This document shows, piece after piece, positions 29,737 to 38,542 of a stretch of DNA of 48,641 nt. Numbering within the stretch: the stretch's first letter is position 1; every line of letters starts with the position of its first letter. Location: contig JBBRTK010000002.1 in assembly GCA_038244455.1 (NCBI GenBank), forward strand, positions 1-48,641, given 5' to 3'. A program made the position numbers and the translations under genes. The stretch comes from Actinomycetota bacterium (GTDB taxonomy: Bacteria > Actinomycetota > UBA4738 > HRBIN12). Under the pieces are notes generated by a model. It was not told the DNA's origin. It made no database searches and saw nothing but the letters and a program-made list of their open reading frames with translations.

Positions 29737-30372
29737 TCACTTCCCTCCTGGTGGGCCGGTGGGGATGAGGTAGACCACGGCGAAGATCACGATCCAGACG
29801 ATGTCGACGAAGTGCCAGTAGAGCCCGACCATCTCAACGGAGAAGCCTTGATCGTCGGGAAGGCGCCCAGCCTGCGAGAAGGACGTCAGGGTCAGCAGCA
29901 TGATGATCCCCACTGTCACGTGGAGCCCGTGGAATCCGGTGAGGACGTAGAACGTCGTGCCGAACAGGTTCGTGCCGAGCTTCAGGCCCTCGTTGGAGAA
30001 GCTCGTGAACTCGTACACCTGGCCGCCGACGAAGGTCATGCCGAGCAGCGCTGTCACCAGCAGCCAGATGCGCATCCGGATCAGGTCGGCCTTCTGCGCC
30101 GCCGCCACCGCCAGCACCATCGTGAGCGAGCTGGCGAGCAGCACGAAGGAGGACACCGACGTATACGGGATGTCGAAGACGTCGTTCGGGTAGGGACCGA
30201 CCTTGCTCGCTCCGCGGTAGAGCAGGTAGGTGGTGATGAGCGCCCCGAAGAGAAGGCATTCGGATGCGAGGAAGATCCACATGGCGAGCTTGGTGCTGGG
30301 CAGGCCCGTGGTGGTGGCGTGCTCCTCGGCCTTGGCCGCGGGCGCGTGCTGGTCTGCGATCACGTCCGCCAC
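29737..30372 (-). CDS. ctaE: Cytochrome c oxidase subunit III
   Basis: The C-terminal 211 aa of the 537-aa track ORF (...MWIFLASECLLFGALI...YVLTGFHGLHVTVG...YWHFVDIVWI). GTG 30372 is preceded by AGGAG. Confidence 0.9.
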   Translation of the reverse strand: MADVIADQHAPAAKAEEHATTTGLPSTKLAMWIFLASECLLFGALITTYLLYRGASKVGPYPNDVFDIPYTSVSSFVLLASSLTMVLAVAAAQKADLIRMRIWLLVTALLGMTFVGGQVYEFTSFSNEGLKLGTNLFGTTFYVLTGFHGLHVTVGIIMLLTLTSFSQAGRLPDDQGFSVEMVGLYWHFVDIVWIVIFAVVYLIPTGPPGGK

Positions 30373-30380
30373 GCCCGCTC

Positions 30381-32267
30381 CTACTCCGCCACCGAGGGCT
30401 CGAGAGCCCAGCCGATGAACCCGACGAGGATGATGAACGCCGCGGCGCCCACCAGGTACCAGCTGTACAGGATGCCGTAGCCGAGCAGCGGCAGCCCGGT
30501 CGCCGCCACGAGCGGCCAGAAGGACGGGCTCGGAAGGTGGATCGCGTGCCCGGCCGCCGCTTCGTGCCCAGGGTCGTGTTCCGGCGCGGCGCCCGCCGGG
30601 ATGCGGATCAGTTCGCCGGTTCGTTCGTCGGTGGTGTATTTGCGGTGCCAGAACTCGTCCAGCGAATGGACCTCGGGCACCTCGTCGAAGTTGTGGACGG
30701 GCGGCGGGCAGGACGTCATCCACTCGATGGTCCGCGCATCCCACGGGTCCTCGTTCTCCAGCCCCTTCGGGTGCCGCGCTGTCTTCAGGACGTTCACGAT
30801 GAACACGAGCATAGCGATGGCGATGGTGAACGATCCGACCGATGCCACCTGGTTGTAGAAGGTGAGCCCGAGCGTCGCCGGGTACGTATAGGTCCGCCGG
30901 ATCATGCCTTGCAGTCCGAGGATGTGCATCGGCCCGAACGTCAGGTTCATCCCTACAACGAAGAGCCAGAAATGCACCTTTCCCAGGCGTTCGGACAGCA
31001 TCTTGCCGAAGACCTTGGGCCACCAGTAGTACATGCCCGCGAACAGCCCGAAGACGGCGCCGCCGAAGAGCACGTAGTGGAAGTGGGCGACGATGTAGTA
31101 CGTGTCGGTCTGCTGGTAGTCCGCGGGAACGATGGAGTGCGTCACGCCGGAAAGCCCGCCGATCACGAACATCGCGATCCCGCCCACTGCGAACAACATC
31201 GGCGAATCGAAATGCAGATCGCCCTGGGCCATCGTGGCCATCCAGTTGAAGATCTTCACGCCGGTGGGCACGGCGATGATCGCCGTCGAGACACCGAACG
31301 CCGTGTTCGCCACCGGGCCGAGACCCGCCGCGAACATGTGGTGCGCCCACACCCCGAACCCGATGAACCCGATCGCGATCCCGCTGAACGCCACGAACTG
31401 ATATCCGAACAACGGCTTGCGGCTGAACACCGGCAGGATCTCGCTGAAGATCCCGAACGCAGGCAAGACGAGGATGTAGACCTCGGGATGGCCGAAGAGC
31501 CAGAACAGGTGCTGCCAGAGGATCGGATCACCCCCCGCCGTCGGGTCGAAGAAGTGCGTCCCGAACCGCCGGTCGAAGAGCATCTCGACCAGGGCCACGG
31601 TGATGATCGGAAGGCTGAAGGCCAGCAGGAACTGCACGACCAGGCCCATCCAGATGAAGATGGGCATACGGAACAGGGTCATCCCCTTGGCGCGCATGTT
31701 GATGATGGTGACGGCCAGGTTCACCGCGCCCACCGACGACGCGATCCCCGTGATGAGCAGCCCGAGCGTGTAGAACGTCATCCCGATGGACGGGTCGGTG
31801 GTGGAGTTCGGCGGGTAGCCGAACCACCCGCCGTTGGGCGCGCCGCCCAGGAACCAGCTGGAGTAGAGGAACAACCCACCCAGGATGAACGCCCAGAAAC
31901 TGAAGGCGTTCAGCCGGGGGAACGCGACGTCGCGCGCGCCGATCATCAGCGGGATCAGGTAGTTGAAGAACGCCGCGCTCATCGGCATGACGAACAGGAA
32001 CACCATGGTCAGGCCGTGCATCGTGAAGATCTGGTCGTACTGCGCCGCCGTGACCAAGTGCTGATCCGGGCCCGCCAGCTGCGAGCGGATGATCAGCGCC
32101 TCGAGCCCGCCGATGAGGAAGAAAATGAACGAGGACCCGCCGTACATCAACCCGATCTTCTTGTGGTCCACCGTGGTGAACCAACTCCAGAAGCCGGTGG
32201 TCGCCGACGGCCGGCGGATGAGGCCCCTGCCGCCTTCCTCGATCACGCTGGCCATCGGTCCTTCCAT
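30381..32267 (-). CDS. ctaD: Cytochrome c oxidase subunit I (long 14-TM form)
   Basis: 628 aa with FTTVDHKKIGLMY, WFFGHPEVYILVLP-like (LFWLFGHPEVYILVLPAFG) and HFHYVLFGG. It has a C-terminal two-helix extension like Bacillus CtaD. Confidence 0.97.
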   Translation of the reverse strand: MEGPMASVIEEGGRGLIRRPSATTGFWSWFTTVDHKKIGLMYGGSSFIFFLIGGLEALIIRSQLAGPDQHLVTAAQYDQIFTMHGLTMVFLFVMPMSAAFFNYLIPLMIGARDVAFPRLNAFSFWAFILGGLFLYSSWFLGGAPNGGWFGYPPNSTTDPSIGMTFYTLGLLITGIASSVGAVNLAVTIINMRAKGMTLFRMPIFIWMGLVVQFLLAFSLPIITVALVEMLFDRRFGTHFFDPTAGGDPILWQHLFWLFGHPEVYILVLPAFGIFSEILPVFSRKPLFGYQFVAFSGIAIGFIGFGVWAHHMFAAGLGPVANTAFGVSTAIIAVPTGVKIFNWMATMAQGDLHFDSPMLFAVGGIAMFVIGGLSGVTHSIVPADYQQTDTYYIVAHFHYVLFGGAVFGLFAGMYYWWPKVFGKMLSERLGKVHFWLFVVGMNLTFGPMHILGLQGMIRRTYTYPATLGLTFYNQVASVGSFTIAIAMLVFIVNVLKTARHPKGLENEDPWDARTIEWMTSCPPPVHNFDEVPEVHSLDEFWHRKYTTDERTGELIRIPAGAAPEHDPGHEAAAGHAIHLPSPSFWPLVAATGLPLLGYGILYSWYLVGAAAFIILVGFIGWALEPSVAE

Positions 32268-33409
32268 CAGTTCAGGCTCTTCAGGTAGGCGACGAGCGCG
32301 TTGATCTCGTCGGGGCTCAGATGGTAGTTGGGCATCTTCGACCCGAGCTTGACCGCGTTGGGGTCTCGGAGCCAGGCCTGCAACGCCGCGGTGTCGCTGG
32401 TATTCCAGTCACACCCCGCGAAGCAGGAATGCGTGTAGGCGGCGAAGTGCGTGAGGTTCGGCCCGGCGGTGCCCGCGGCGGTGGTGCCGCCGATGGAGTG
32501 ACAGGCGATGCAGCTTCCGCGCCCCCCGCTCAGCGGATTCAGGAAGGTGTCCATGCCCTGCGTCGCCAAGGGGTCGGTCGGTGTGTCGCTCGGGAGCTTC
32601 TGGTTCGCGACCCACGCGGTCCAATCGATCGGACTGAGCGCGACCACGCGGACCTTCATCTTGCCGTGCTGGAGACCGCAGAACTCGGCGCACTGGCCGT
32701 AGTAGGTCCCGGGGGTGTCCGCCTGGATCAGGATGTGGTTGGTCCGGCCGGGAACCACGTCCTGCTTGCCGGCCAGCTCGGGTATCCAGAACGAGTGGAT
32801 GACCTGGAAGTCGGGGTTCGGCCCGGCGACGCCTCCGTTCAACGCGCCGCCTTCGGAGGCGAGCGAGAGGTAAACCGTGCGGCCCGCCGGGATGACCATC
32901 ACGTCGGCCGTGCTGATGGGCGCGTTCGTGCCGTAGCCGGTCTTCATGTCGGCGTCCGTGTAAGAGAAGCCCCACCACCACTGGTGACCTTGGACGGTGA
33001 TGTTGAGCGCGTTGGCGGGCGGGGGCTTGGCCAGGCTCCATATGGTGGCGATCGTCGGCACCATGACGACCGCCAGGATGAGCGCCGGCGCGATGGTCCA
33101 GGCGATCTCCAAGCGGGTGTTGCCGTGTGTCTGCGGCGGGGTTCGGTTCACGCCCTTGCGATGCCGCCACTTCAGGGCGATGAAGACGATCCCGCCCTCC
33201 ACCAGCACGAACACGGCGGCTGCGATCCAGAAGACGGGGACGAACAGACTCTTGATCTGCTGCGCGTACGGGCCTTGGGCCTTCAGGGTGTCCTGCGTGG
33301 CGTGGGGCGCACACGACGCCAACCCGAGTGCGAGCGCCACGAGCCCAAGGGCCCAGAGCACCTTCTTCCGCACGATCCCCCTGCCTCCCCGACGCACGTT
33401 CACGGGCAC
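32267..33409 (-). CDS. ctaC: Cytochrome c oxidase subunit II with C-terminal cytochrome c domain (caa3-type)
   Basis: Has the CuA motif HSFWIPELAGK...CAEFCGLQHGKM and the haem c motif CIACH plus a downstream Met. The lipobox is LGLASC. The start is probably GTG 33373 (VRKKVLW..., GGAGG upstream) rather than 33409. Confidence 0.93.
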   Translation of the reverse strand: MPVNVRRGGRGIVRKKVLWALGLVALALGLASCAPHATQDTLKAQGPYAQQIKSLFVPVFWIAAAVFVLVEGGIVFIALKWRHRKGVNRTPPQTHGNTRLEIAWTIAPALILAVVMVPTIATIWSLAKPPPANALNITVQGHQWWWGFSYTDADMKTGYGTNAPISTADVMVIPAGRTVYLSLASEGGALNGGVAGPNPDFQVIHSFWIPELAGKQDVVPGRTNHILIQADTPGTYYGQCAEFCGLQHGKMKVRVVALSPIDWTAWVANQKLPSDTPTDPLATQGMDTFLNPLSGGRGSCIACHSIGGTTAAGTAGPNLTHFAAYTHSCFAGCDWNTSDTAALQAWLRDPNAVKLGSKMPNYHLSPDEINALVAYLKSLN

Positions 33410-33470
33410 ACACCCGTCCGGAACGCGCGAACTGTACCACTGGTCCGCCGCGCCCCCAGGCTCCTAGCAG

Positions 33471-34457
33471 TCACTTCGCGTACGAATGCAGGCCGGCGAT
33501 CCACAGGTTCACCGCGTAGTAGGTCACGAACAGCGACACGAACCCGACCAGCGCCACCACGGCTGCGCGAGAACCCTTCCATCCGGCGGTCGCCCGGGCG
33601 TGCAGGTAGCCGGCGAAGATGGTCCACGTGATGAACGACCACGTCTCCTTCGGGTCCCAGCCCCAGTAGCGTCCCCAGGCCTGCTGGGCCCAGATGGCTC
33701 CGCAGATCACCCCGAACGTCCAGACGGGGAAGCCGAACGAGATCATCCGGTAGGCCATCTTGTCCAGCGCGGCCGCCGAGGGGAACCGTCCCCGCGCCAG
33801 GGCGCGCTCGGCCACAGCACCGTCGCCGTCGGCCACCAGGTCGTGAGGAGACGCGTCGCCCGCCGGGGCGCCGGGCAGGACGCCGGTGTCCACCGACCCG
33901 CCCATGATGGGCGGGGGGACCTGCGAGGAGAGCCTCCGAAGCTGCCGGCGTTCGGAACGGTCCTTGAACAGGAACGCGATGGTGATGATGCAGCCGACAC
34001 CCAGGAGGCTGGACGCCGTGATCATCGCGGTCACATGGATCTGACGCCAGTAGGAGTTGAGCGAGGGAAGGAGCGCCCCCGGACCGACGTAGAAGAACGA
34101 GGCCCCCATCGCCAAGGTGAACACGGCGAACATGAGCACGAACCCACCCAACGTCTTCGATCCGAGCTGGCGTTCGACCAGGAGGAGGTAGGCGACCACC
34201 ACCAGGAACGACAGCGCCATCGAGAACTCGTACATGTTGCCCCAGGGGATCCGGGCGTCGGCGATGCCCCGGGCCACGATCGCCGTCAGGCCGCCGGCCG
34301 CGCCGAACGCAGTGACGGCGGTGGCAACCTTGCCCATCCAGGTCTTGGCGAACGCCAGGAACGCCCAATACGCGAGCATCCCGGCGATGTAGGCGAACAG
34401 CGCCGCCGTGAACGCGTCCTTGGCCACTCGGGCCCACTGCAACTGGTTCGGGGTCAT
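33471..34457 (-). CDS. resC: Cytochrome c biogenesis protein, CcsA/ResC family (system II)
   Basis: The C-terminal 328 aa of the 534-aa track ORF. It has the Trp-rich WAQQAWGRYWGWDPKETW motif. ATG 34457 overlaps the resB stop. Confidence 0.9.
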   Translation of the reverse strand: MTPNQLQWARVAKDAFTAALFAYIAGMLAYWAFLAFAKTWMGKVATAVTAFGAAGGLTAIVARGIADARIPWGNMYEFSMALSFLVVVAYLLLVERQLGSKTLGGFVLMFAVFTLAMGASFFYVGPGALLPSLNSYWRQIHVTAMITASSLLGVGCIITIAFLFKDRSERRQLRRLSSQVPPPIMGGSVDTGVLPGAPAGDASPHDLVADGDGAVAERALARGRFPSAAALDKMAYRMISFGFPVWTFGVICGAIWAQQAWGRYWGWDPKETWSFITWTIFAGYLHARATAGWKGSRAAVVALVGFVSLFVTYYAVNLWIAGLHSYAK

Positions 34458-36040
34458 GGATTCGCCGCTTCCTTCCCTGGAACCTCTCCGCCACCGGCCC
34501 GCGTGAGTGCCGTCACCAGCCGGGCGAACTCGTCCTCGAACTGCGCCTTGCGCTGGAGAGCGAAGCCCCCGATCTGCACCAACGAACCGGTTCCCGCGGG
34601 CTGCACCCGCACCCAGACCTTGCGCCGGGCCGTGTAGAGGGCCGGCAGCAAACCGAGCACGATGAGGATAGCCGCGAAGAGCACGATGGACACCCCCCGG
34701 TCTCGGCTGACCTGCAGCACCGAATACTGCCGAACCCCTGGGAACGTGATCGTGAGCCGCGTGCCGTAGTCGATCTTCCCCGTCTTGGGGTCGGGCGTGA
34801 GCACATCTCCCGTCCGCAGGTCCACCGTTTGGCCGGGGAACATGATCGTGCTCTGAAGCTGCTGGAGCCCGGAGGTATCCAGCAGGGTGTTCGTGGCCGG
34901 GTCGAAGATCCTGCCCTGGTAGGTGGTGAAGCGGAGCACGGGCTTGTGCAGGATCGGCATCTGGACCGGCTGCCCGGTGACCTGTGACTGGAAGTAGGCG
35001 TCGCCGTCGGGCCAGAACTCCAGCGAGACCCCGATGTTGGGGGTCTGGTTCAGGAGCTTCTCCGTGCCGTTCCACGGGAGCGCGAGCTGCGGGACCCCGT
35101 CGGGCGGCAGCTGCTGGCCCATGGCCACCGGCCCGCCCGCGACCATCCGGCCGCTCTGACGGATCTGTACCTCGGGCGCCCAGCCGAACCCGTACTGGAA
35201 GATGTCCATGCCCTGGAAGTGCGCCGGGTGGTTCACCCGGATGTCCGCGGTCTGGAGTACGCGGCCCTGCGGGTCCAGGAGCTGCACCTTGGAGAGGAAG
35301 TCCATCGGGATGCCGGTGCTCCGGTAGCTATCGGTGAAGGACTGGAGGTGGATGCCGATCCCGCTGAAGTTCTCGGTGAAGAACCGGCCGGTTCGGACCT
35401 GGCCGTTGTAGTTGGGACGTGCGTCCACCCACGTCTGGCCCTCGATGATCGTGGCGTGCCCCACGTAGCCGGTCCCCTTCCCGACCGCGACGCCGAGCAG
35501 CAGGATCACGAACGCCCAGTGGAAGAGCAGGCTCCCGATCTCCCGGGCGATCCCCTTCTCGGCGGCGACCTGTGTTTCCCCTGCCGCCGTTCGGAACGCC
35601 TTGCGGGACAGCACCCGGCGTGAGGCGGCCAGCACCATGGTGGGCTCAGCGCCGACGTGCACCTCCCGGTAGAGCGGGAAGGCGTCGATCTCGCGTGCTT
35701 GGATCGGCTTCTGGCGCGCGCTCCGGATGGCCGCCCTGGTGCGGGGGATCAAACAGGCGAACAAGGACACGAACAACAGCGTCGTGATCAGCGTGAACCA
35801 CCACGAGCCGAAGACGTTGAAGAACTCGGCCTTCTTGTAGAAGAGCCCGACGACCGGGTGATCGATCATGAACTGCGCCACGCGCTCGGGGGAGTTCATC
35901 TCCTGAGGGATGAGGGAACCCACCACGGATGCCAGCGCGAGCAACAACAGGAGGATGAGCGCGGTTCGCATGGAGCGCAGCGACCGCCAGGCGAACGCGG
36001 CCGAACGGCGAAGGGTGAGACGCGAGGGCGCTACGGACAT
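34454..36040 (-). CDS. resB: Cytochrome c biogenesis protein ResB/Ccs1 (system II)
   Basis: 528 aa with an N-terminal LRSMRTALILLLLLALASVVGSLIPQ, a large extracytoplasmic domain and a C-terminal TM helix. It is paired with resC. Confidence 0.88.
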   Translation of the reverse strand: MSVAPSRLTLRRSAAFAWRSLRSMRTALILLLLLALASVVGSLIPQEMNSPERVAQFMIDHPVVGLFYKKAEFFNVFGSWWFTLITTLLFVSLFACLIPRTRAAIRSARQKPIQAREIDAFPLYREVHVGAEPTMVLAASRRVLSRKAFRTAAGETQVAAEKGIAREIGSLLFHWAFVILLLGVAVGKGTGYVGHATIIEGQTWVDARPNYNGQVRTGRFFTENFSGIGIHLQSFTDSYRSTGIPMDFLSKVQLLDPQGRVLQTADIRVNHPAHFQGMDIFQYGFGWAPEVQIRQSGRMVAGGPVAMGQQLPPDGVPQLALPWNGTEKLLNQTPNIGVSLEFWPDGDAYFQSQVTGQPVQMPILHKPVLRFTTYQGRIFDPATNTLLDTSGLQQLQSTIMFPGQTVDLRTGDVLTPDPKTGKIDYGTRLTITFPGVRQYSVLQVSRDRGVSIVLFAAILIVLGLLPALYTARRKVWVRVQPAGTGSLVQIGGFALQRKAQFEDEFARLVTALTRAGGGEVPGKEAANP

Positions 36041-36090
36041 GGCGGCCCGCTCATCCTAGGGGCTCCACGCGAGAACGGGCGGCCGGCAGC

Positions 36091-36825
36091 TCACAGACCC
36101 GGGACGAAGCGCTGAAGCGGCGCGAACCAGAGGGTGAACTGCCCCGTCACCAGGAGCAGCCCGATCGCGATCAAGAGGGCGCCGGAGACGCCGCCGATCC
36201 ACCGGTAGTTGCGCTTGATCCAGCCGTAGGCCCCCATGAAGCGTTGCACCCCAAGGCCGATGAGGAGGAACGGGACTCCCAGCCCCAGGGAGTAGAGCGT
36301 GAGGAGCAGAACGGACCGAGGCACCCCTCCGTTGCGCGAAAGGGCGATGATGGCGCCAAGCACCGGCCCGATGCACGGCGTCCATCCCGCGGCGAACGCC
36401 ATCCCCAGCGCCAGGGCCCCCACCCGGCCCGGCCGGACCTTCTCCAAGAACGGGCGGCGTTCCCGGTAGAGCCCCAACCCGCCAACCCGGAGCGCGTAGG
36501 CCACCATAAGCAGCCCGACCACCACCACGATCCCTCCGGAGATCCGCTGCCCGGCGGTCCCGCGGAGCACCGGGATAAGGCTCGCCGACACCCCGAGGGC
36601 CACGAACACAACCCCGAACCCGCAGATGAAGAGCAGGATCGGCGCCACCCGCCGGTCCTCGTCCTCCACGGCTCTCCCGCCGGCGATGAACGAGAGGTAC
36701 CCGGGCACCAGCGGCCAGACGCACGGCGAGGCGAACGACAGGGTCCCCGCCAGGAACGCCAGCAAGGGCGCCCACCACGAGCCCAGGCCGCCCGCGGCGT
36801 CGAAGGCGAGGAGAGGAGTGGTCAC
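36091..36825 (-). CDS. ccdA: Cytochrome c biogenesis thiol-reductant transporter CcdA (DsbD-like)
   Basis: 244-aa polytopic ORF with SFASPCVWPLVPGYL and GWTPCIGPVLGAI, the two conserved Cys motifs. Confidence 0.9.
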   Translation of the reverse strand: MTTPLLAFDAAGGLGSWWAPLLAFLAGTLSFASPCVWPLVPGYLSFIAGGRAVEDEDRRVAPILLFICGFGVVFVALGVSASLIPVLRGTAGQRISGGIVVVVGLLMVAYALRVGGLGLYRERRPFLEKVRPGRVGALALGMAFAAGWTPCIGPVLGAIIALSRNGGVPRSVLLLTLYSLGLGVPFLLIGLGVQRFMGAYGWIKRNYRWIGGVSGALLIAIGLLLVTGQFTLWFAPLQRFVPGL

Positions 36826-36917
36826 GCGCCGAGTCTAGGCGGCATAGTGTGCGCCGTCGCTCACGGATGAGGCGGACGAGCGACCCGGCGCTCCTGTAGG
36901 CGCGCGGAACACATGGC

Positions 36918-36923
36918 TATAAT
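36918..36923 (+). promoter_or_regulatory. Candidate -10 box (TATAAT) for the b6-type complex operon
   Basis: A perfect TATAAT lies 27 nt upstream of ATG 36951 in the 125-bp divergent region. GGAGAGAG SD sits between them. The -35 is weak (CTGTAG). Confidence 0.3.
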
Positions 36924-36950
36924 CGCCCCGCCCACGGAGAGAGCGACCGC

Positions 36951-37343
36951 ATGAGCGTGGAGTCTGCGAACACGAGCACATCGAAGTCCCTGAAGGGCCG
37001 CGTTGAGGCGTTCCTCAGAGACTTCGAATGGACGTGGACCACTGCGGTGCTCTTCTCCTTCGGGATCCTGCTCGCACTCGTGATCGGTGTGTGCGTGATC
37101 CCGTCGTTCTGGATCTACTACGCCAACACGAACCTCCTCTGGAACCAGCCCCGGCACTTCCACCTGCTCGTCGTCACGTGGGATGCCACGGCGGTGTGGA
37201 TGGGGCTGATCCGGGACGCCATCGCCATGGGTGTCAGCACCGGTCCGATCATCACGATCCTTGTCGGTGCGTCCATCATGCAGAACCGGCGCCGCAAGCT
37301 ACGGGGTCAGACCGACTCTCGCCCCGCCGGCGGGTACCGATAA
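36951..37343 (+). CDS. Hypothetical small membrane protein (130 aa, 2-3 TM), first gene of the b6-type operon
   Basis: GC3-rich frame with an SD upstream and hydrophobic segments AVLFSFGILLALVIGVCVIPSFWIY and STGPIITILVGASIM. I recognised no family. Confidence 0.7.
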   Translation: MSVESANTSTSKSLKGRVEAFLRDFEWTWTTAVLFSFGILLALVIGVCVIPSFWIYYANTNLLWNQPRHFHLLVVTWDATAVWMGLIRDAIAMGVSTGPIITILVGASIMQNRRRKLRGQTDSRPAGGYR

Positions 37344-37352
37344 GGAGCCTGG

Positions 37353-37766
37353 ATGCCCTTCACGAAGACCGAGGTCGACATCCACGATGACTACGTCATC
37401 GAGGCCGTCGATCCGGCGTGGCTCGCGCAGGGTGTGAAATCGCCGAAGCACCTCATGCTGGATCCCGACAACTGCATCCTCTGCCGGGCGTGCGAGGACG
37501 TGTGCCCGTGGAACTGCATCCTCATGATGTCGCCGGAGATCGTCATCGGCGCGGCCGAGGACGCCGTGGGCGACGAGGTTAGGTACGCCACAGCGGTTTT
37601 CGTGGTTGACGACAATGCGTGCACTCGGTGTTCCGTGTGCGTGGACCGGTGTCCCACGGACACGCTGTACTATGCCCGACTGCCCGAGGACTCCGGCGCC
37701 AAGCGCACCATGGCCGCCGTCCCGGTGTCACAGGCCGCCGAGCCGATGGAAGAGGGGAAGGGTTGA
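37353..37766 (+). CDS. 2x[4Fe-4S] dicluster ferredoxin-like protein (cytoplasmic)
   Basis: Contains CILCRACEDVCP and CTRCSVCVDRCP, with no TM helix or signal peptide. AGGAG SD lies upstream. Its stop overlaps the next gene's start. Confidence 0.88.
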   Translation: MPFTKTEVDIHDDYVIEAVDPAWLAQGVKSPKHLMLDPDNCILCRACEDVCPWNCILMMSPEIVIGAAEDAVGDEVRYATAVFVVDDNACTRCSVCVDRCPTDTLYYARLPEDSGAKRTMAAVPVSQAAEPMEEGKG

Positions 37767-38533
37767 AGCCGAAGCTGCCGTCGCCGGGGGAACTCGGCGA
37801 CCGACTCCGCGATTCCGAGGTTTGGAAGTCCATCTTCCGGCCGGGTTCGGTGTTCCGCAAGGGGTACAAGGACACCTCCCGCGACCGTGCCCTGGCTACG
37901 ATGAACAACGTCCTGTATCACCTTCACCCCACCAAGGTGAAGCGCCACGGATTGAAGCTGACGTACACGTTCTGCCTGGGTGGACTCTCGTTCTTCCTGT
38001 TCATCGTGCTCACGGTGACGGGGATCTTCCTGATGTTCTTCTACCGGCCCATGGCCGACCTGGGAGGCGCGCAGGCCTACGCCGATATGCAGAGCATCCG
38101 AACCACGGTCTTCTTCGGGGACTGGATGCGGAACATGCACCGTTGGGGGGCCCACCTCATGGTGTTCTCGGTGACCCTGCACATGGCGCGCGTGTTCTAC
38201 ACGGGGGCGTACAAGCCTCCGCGGGAGTTCAACTGGGTGGTCGGCGTGATCCTTCTGTTCCTGACGCTCGGTCTTTCGTTCACCGGGTACCTGCTTCCCT
38301 GGGACCAGCTCTCCATCTGGGCCGTCACGGTGGGGACCTCGCTCGGGGGCTACGCCCCATTCATCGCCAAGCAGGCGAACTTCCTCCTACTGGGCGGCGC
38401 GGTGGTCGGCCCGCAAACCCTGCTCCGTTGGTATGTGCTCCACGTCCTTGCCCTTCCGTTCGTGCTCGTCCTGTTCCTGGCGGTCCACTTCTGGCGGATC
38501 CGCAAGGACGGCGGCATCTCAGGACCGCTCTAA
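37763..38533 (+). CDS. Cytochrome b6-like protein (N-terminal 4-helix half of cytochrome b; petB/qcrB-like)
   Basis: Contains TFCLGG, RNMHRWGAHLMVFSVTLH (H-x13-H), LHVLALPFVLVLFLAVH (H-x14-H) and PWDQLSIWA. It ends IRKDGGISGPL, like plastid/cyanobacterial b6. I propose a TTG start at 37763 after GAAGAGGGGAAGG. The first 48 aa of the track ORF are out-of-frame ferredoxin. Confidence 0.92.
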   Translation: MKPKLPSPGELGDRLRDSEVWKSIFRPGSVFRKGYKDTSRDRALATMNNVLYHLHPTKVKRHGLKLTYTFCLGGLSFFLFIVLTVTGIFLMFFYRPMADLGGAQAYADMQSIRTTVFFGDWMRNMHRWGAHLMVFSVTLHMARVFYTGAYKPPREFNWVVGVILLFLTLGLSFTGYLLPWDQLSIWAVTVGTSLGGYAPFIAKQANFLLLGGAVVGPQTLLRWYVLHVLALPFVLVLFLAVHFWRIRKDGGISGPL

Positions 38534-38542
38534 GGAGTAGGG

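Noticed and set aside
36855-36883. The inverted repeat GTCGCTC-N15-GAGCGAC in the ccdA / b6-operon divergent region, and a search there and upstream of ctaC and grx-rex for further Rex boxes.
   Set aside because: The stem is only 7 bp with a large loop. I found no TTGTGAA/TTCACAA half-sites in these regions, so no regulatory call is justified.
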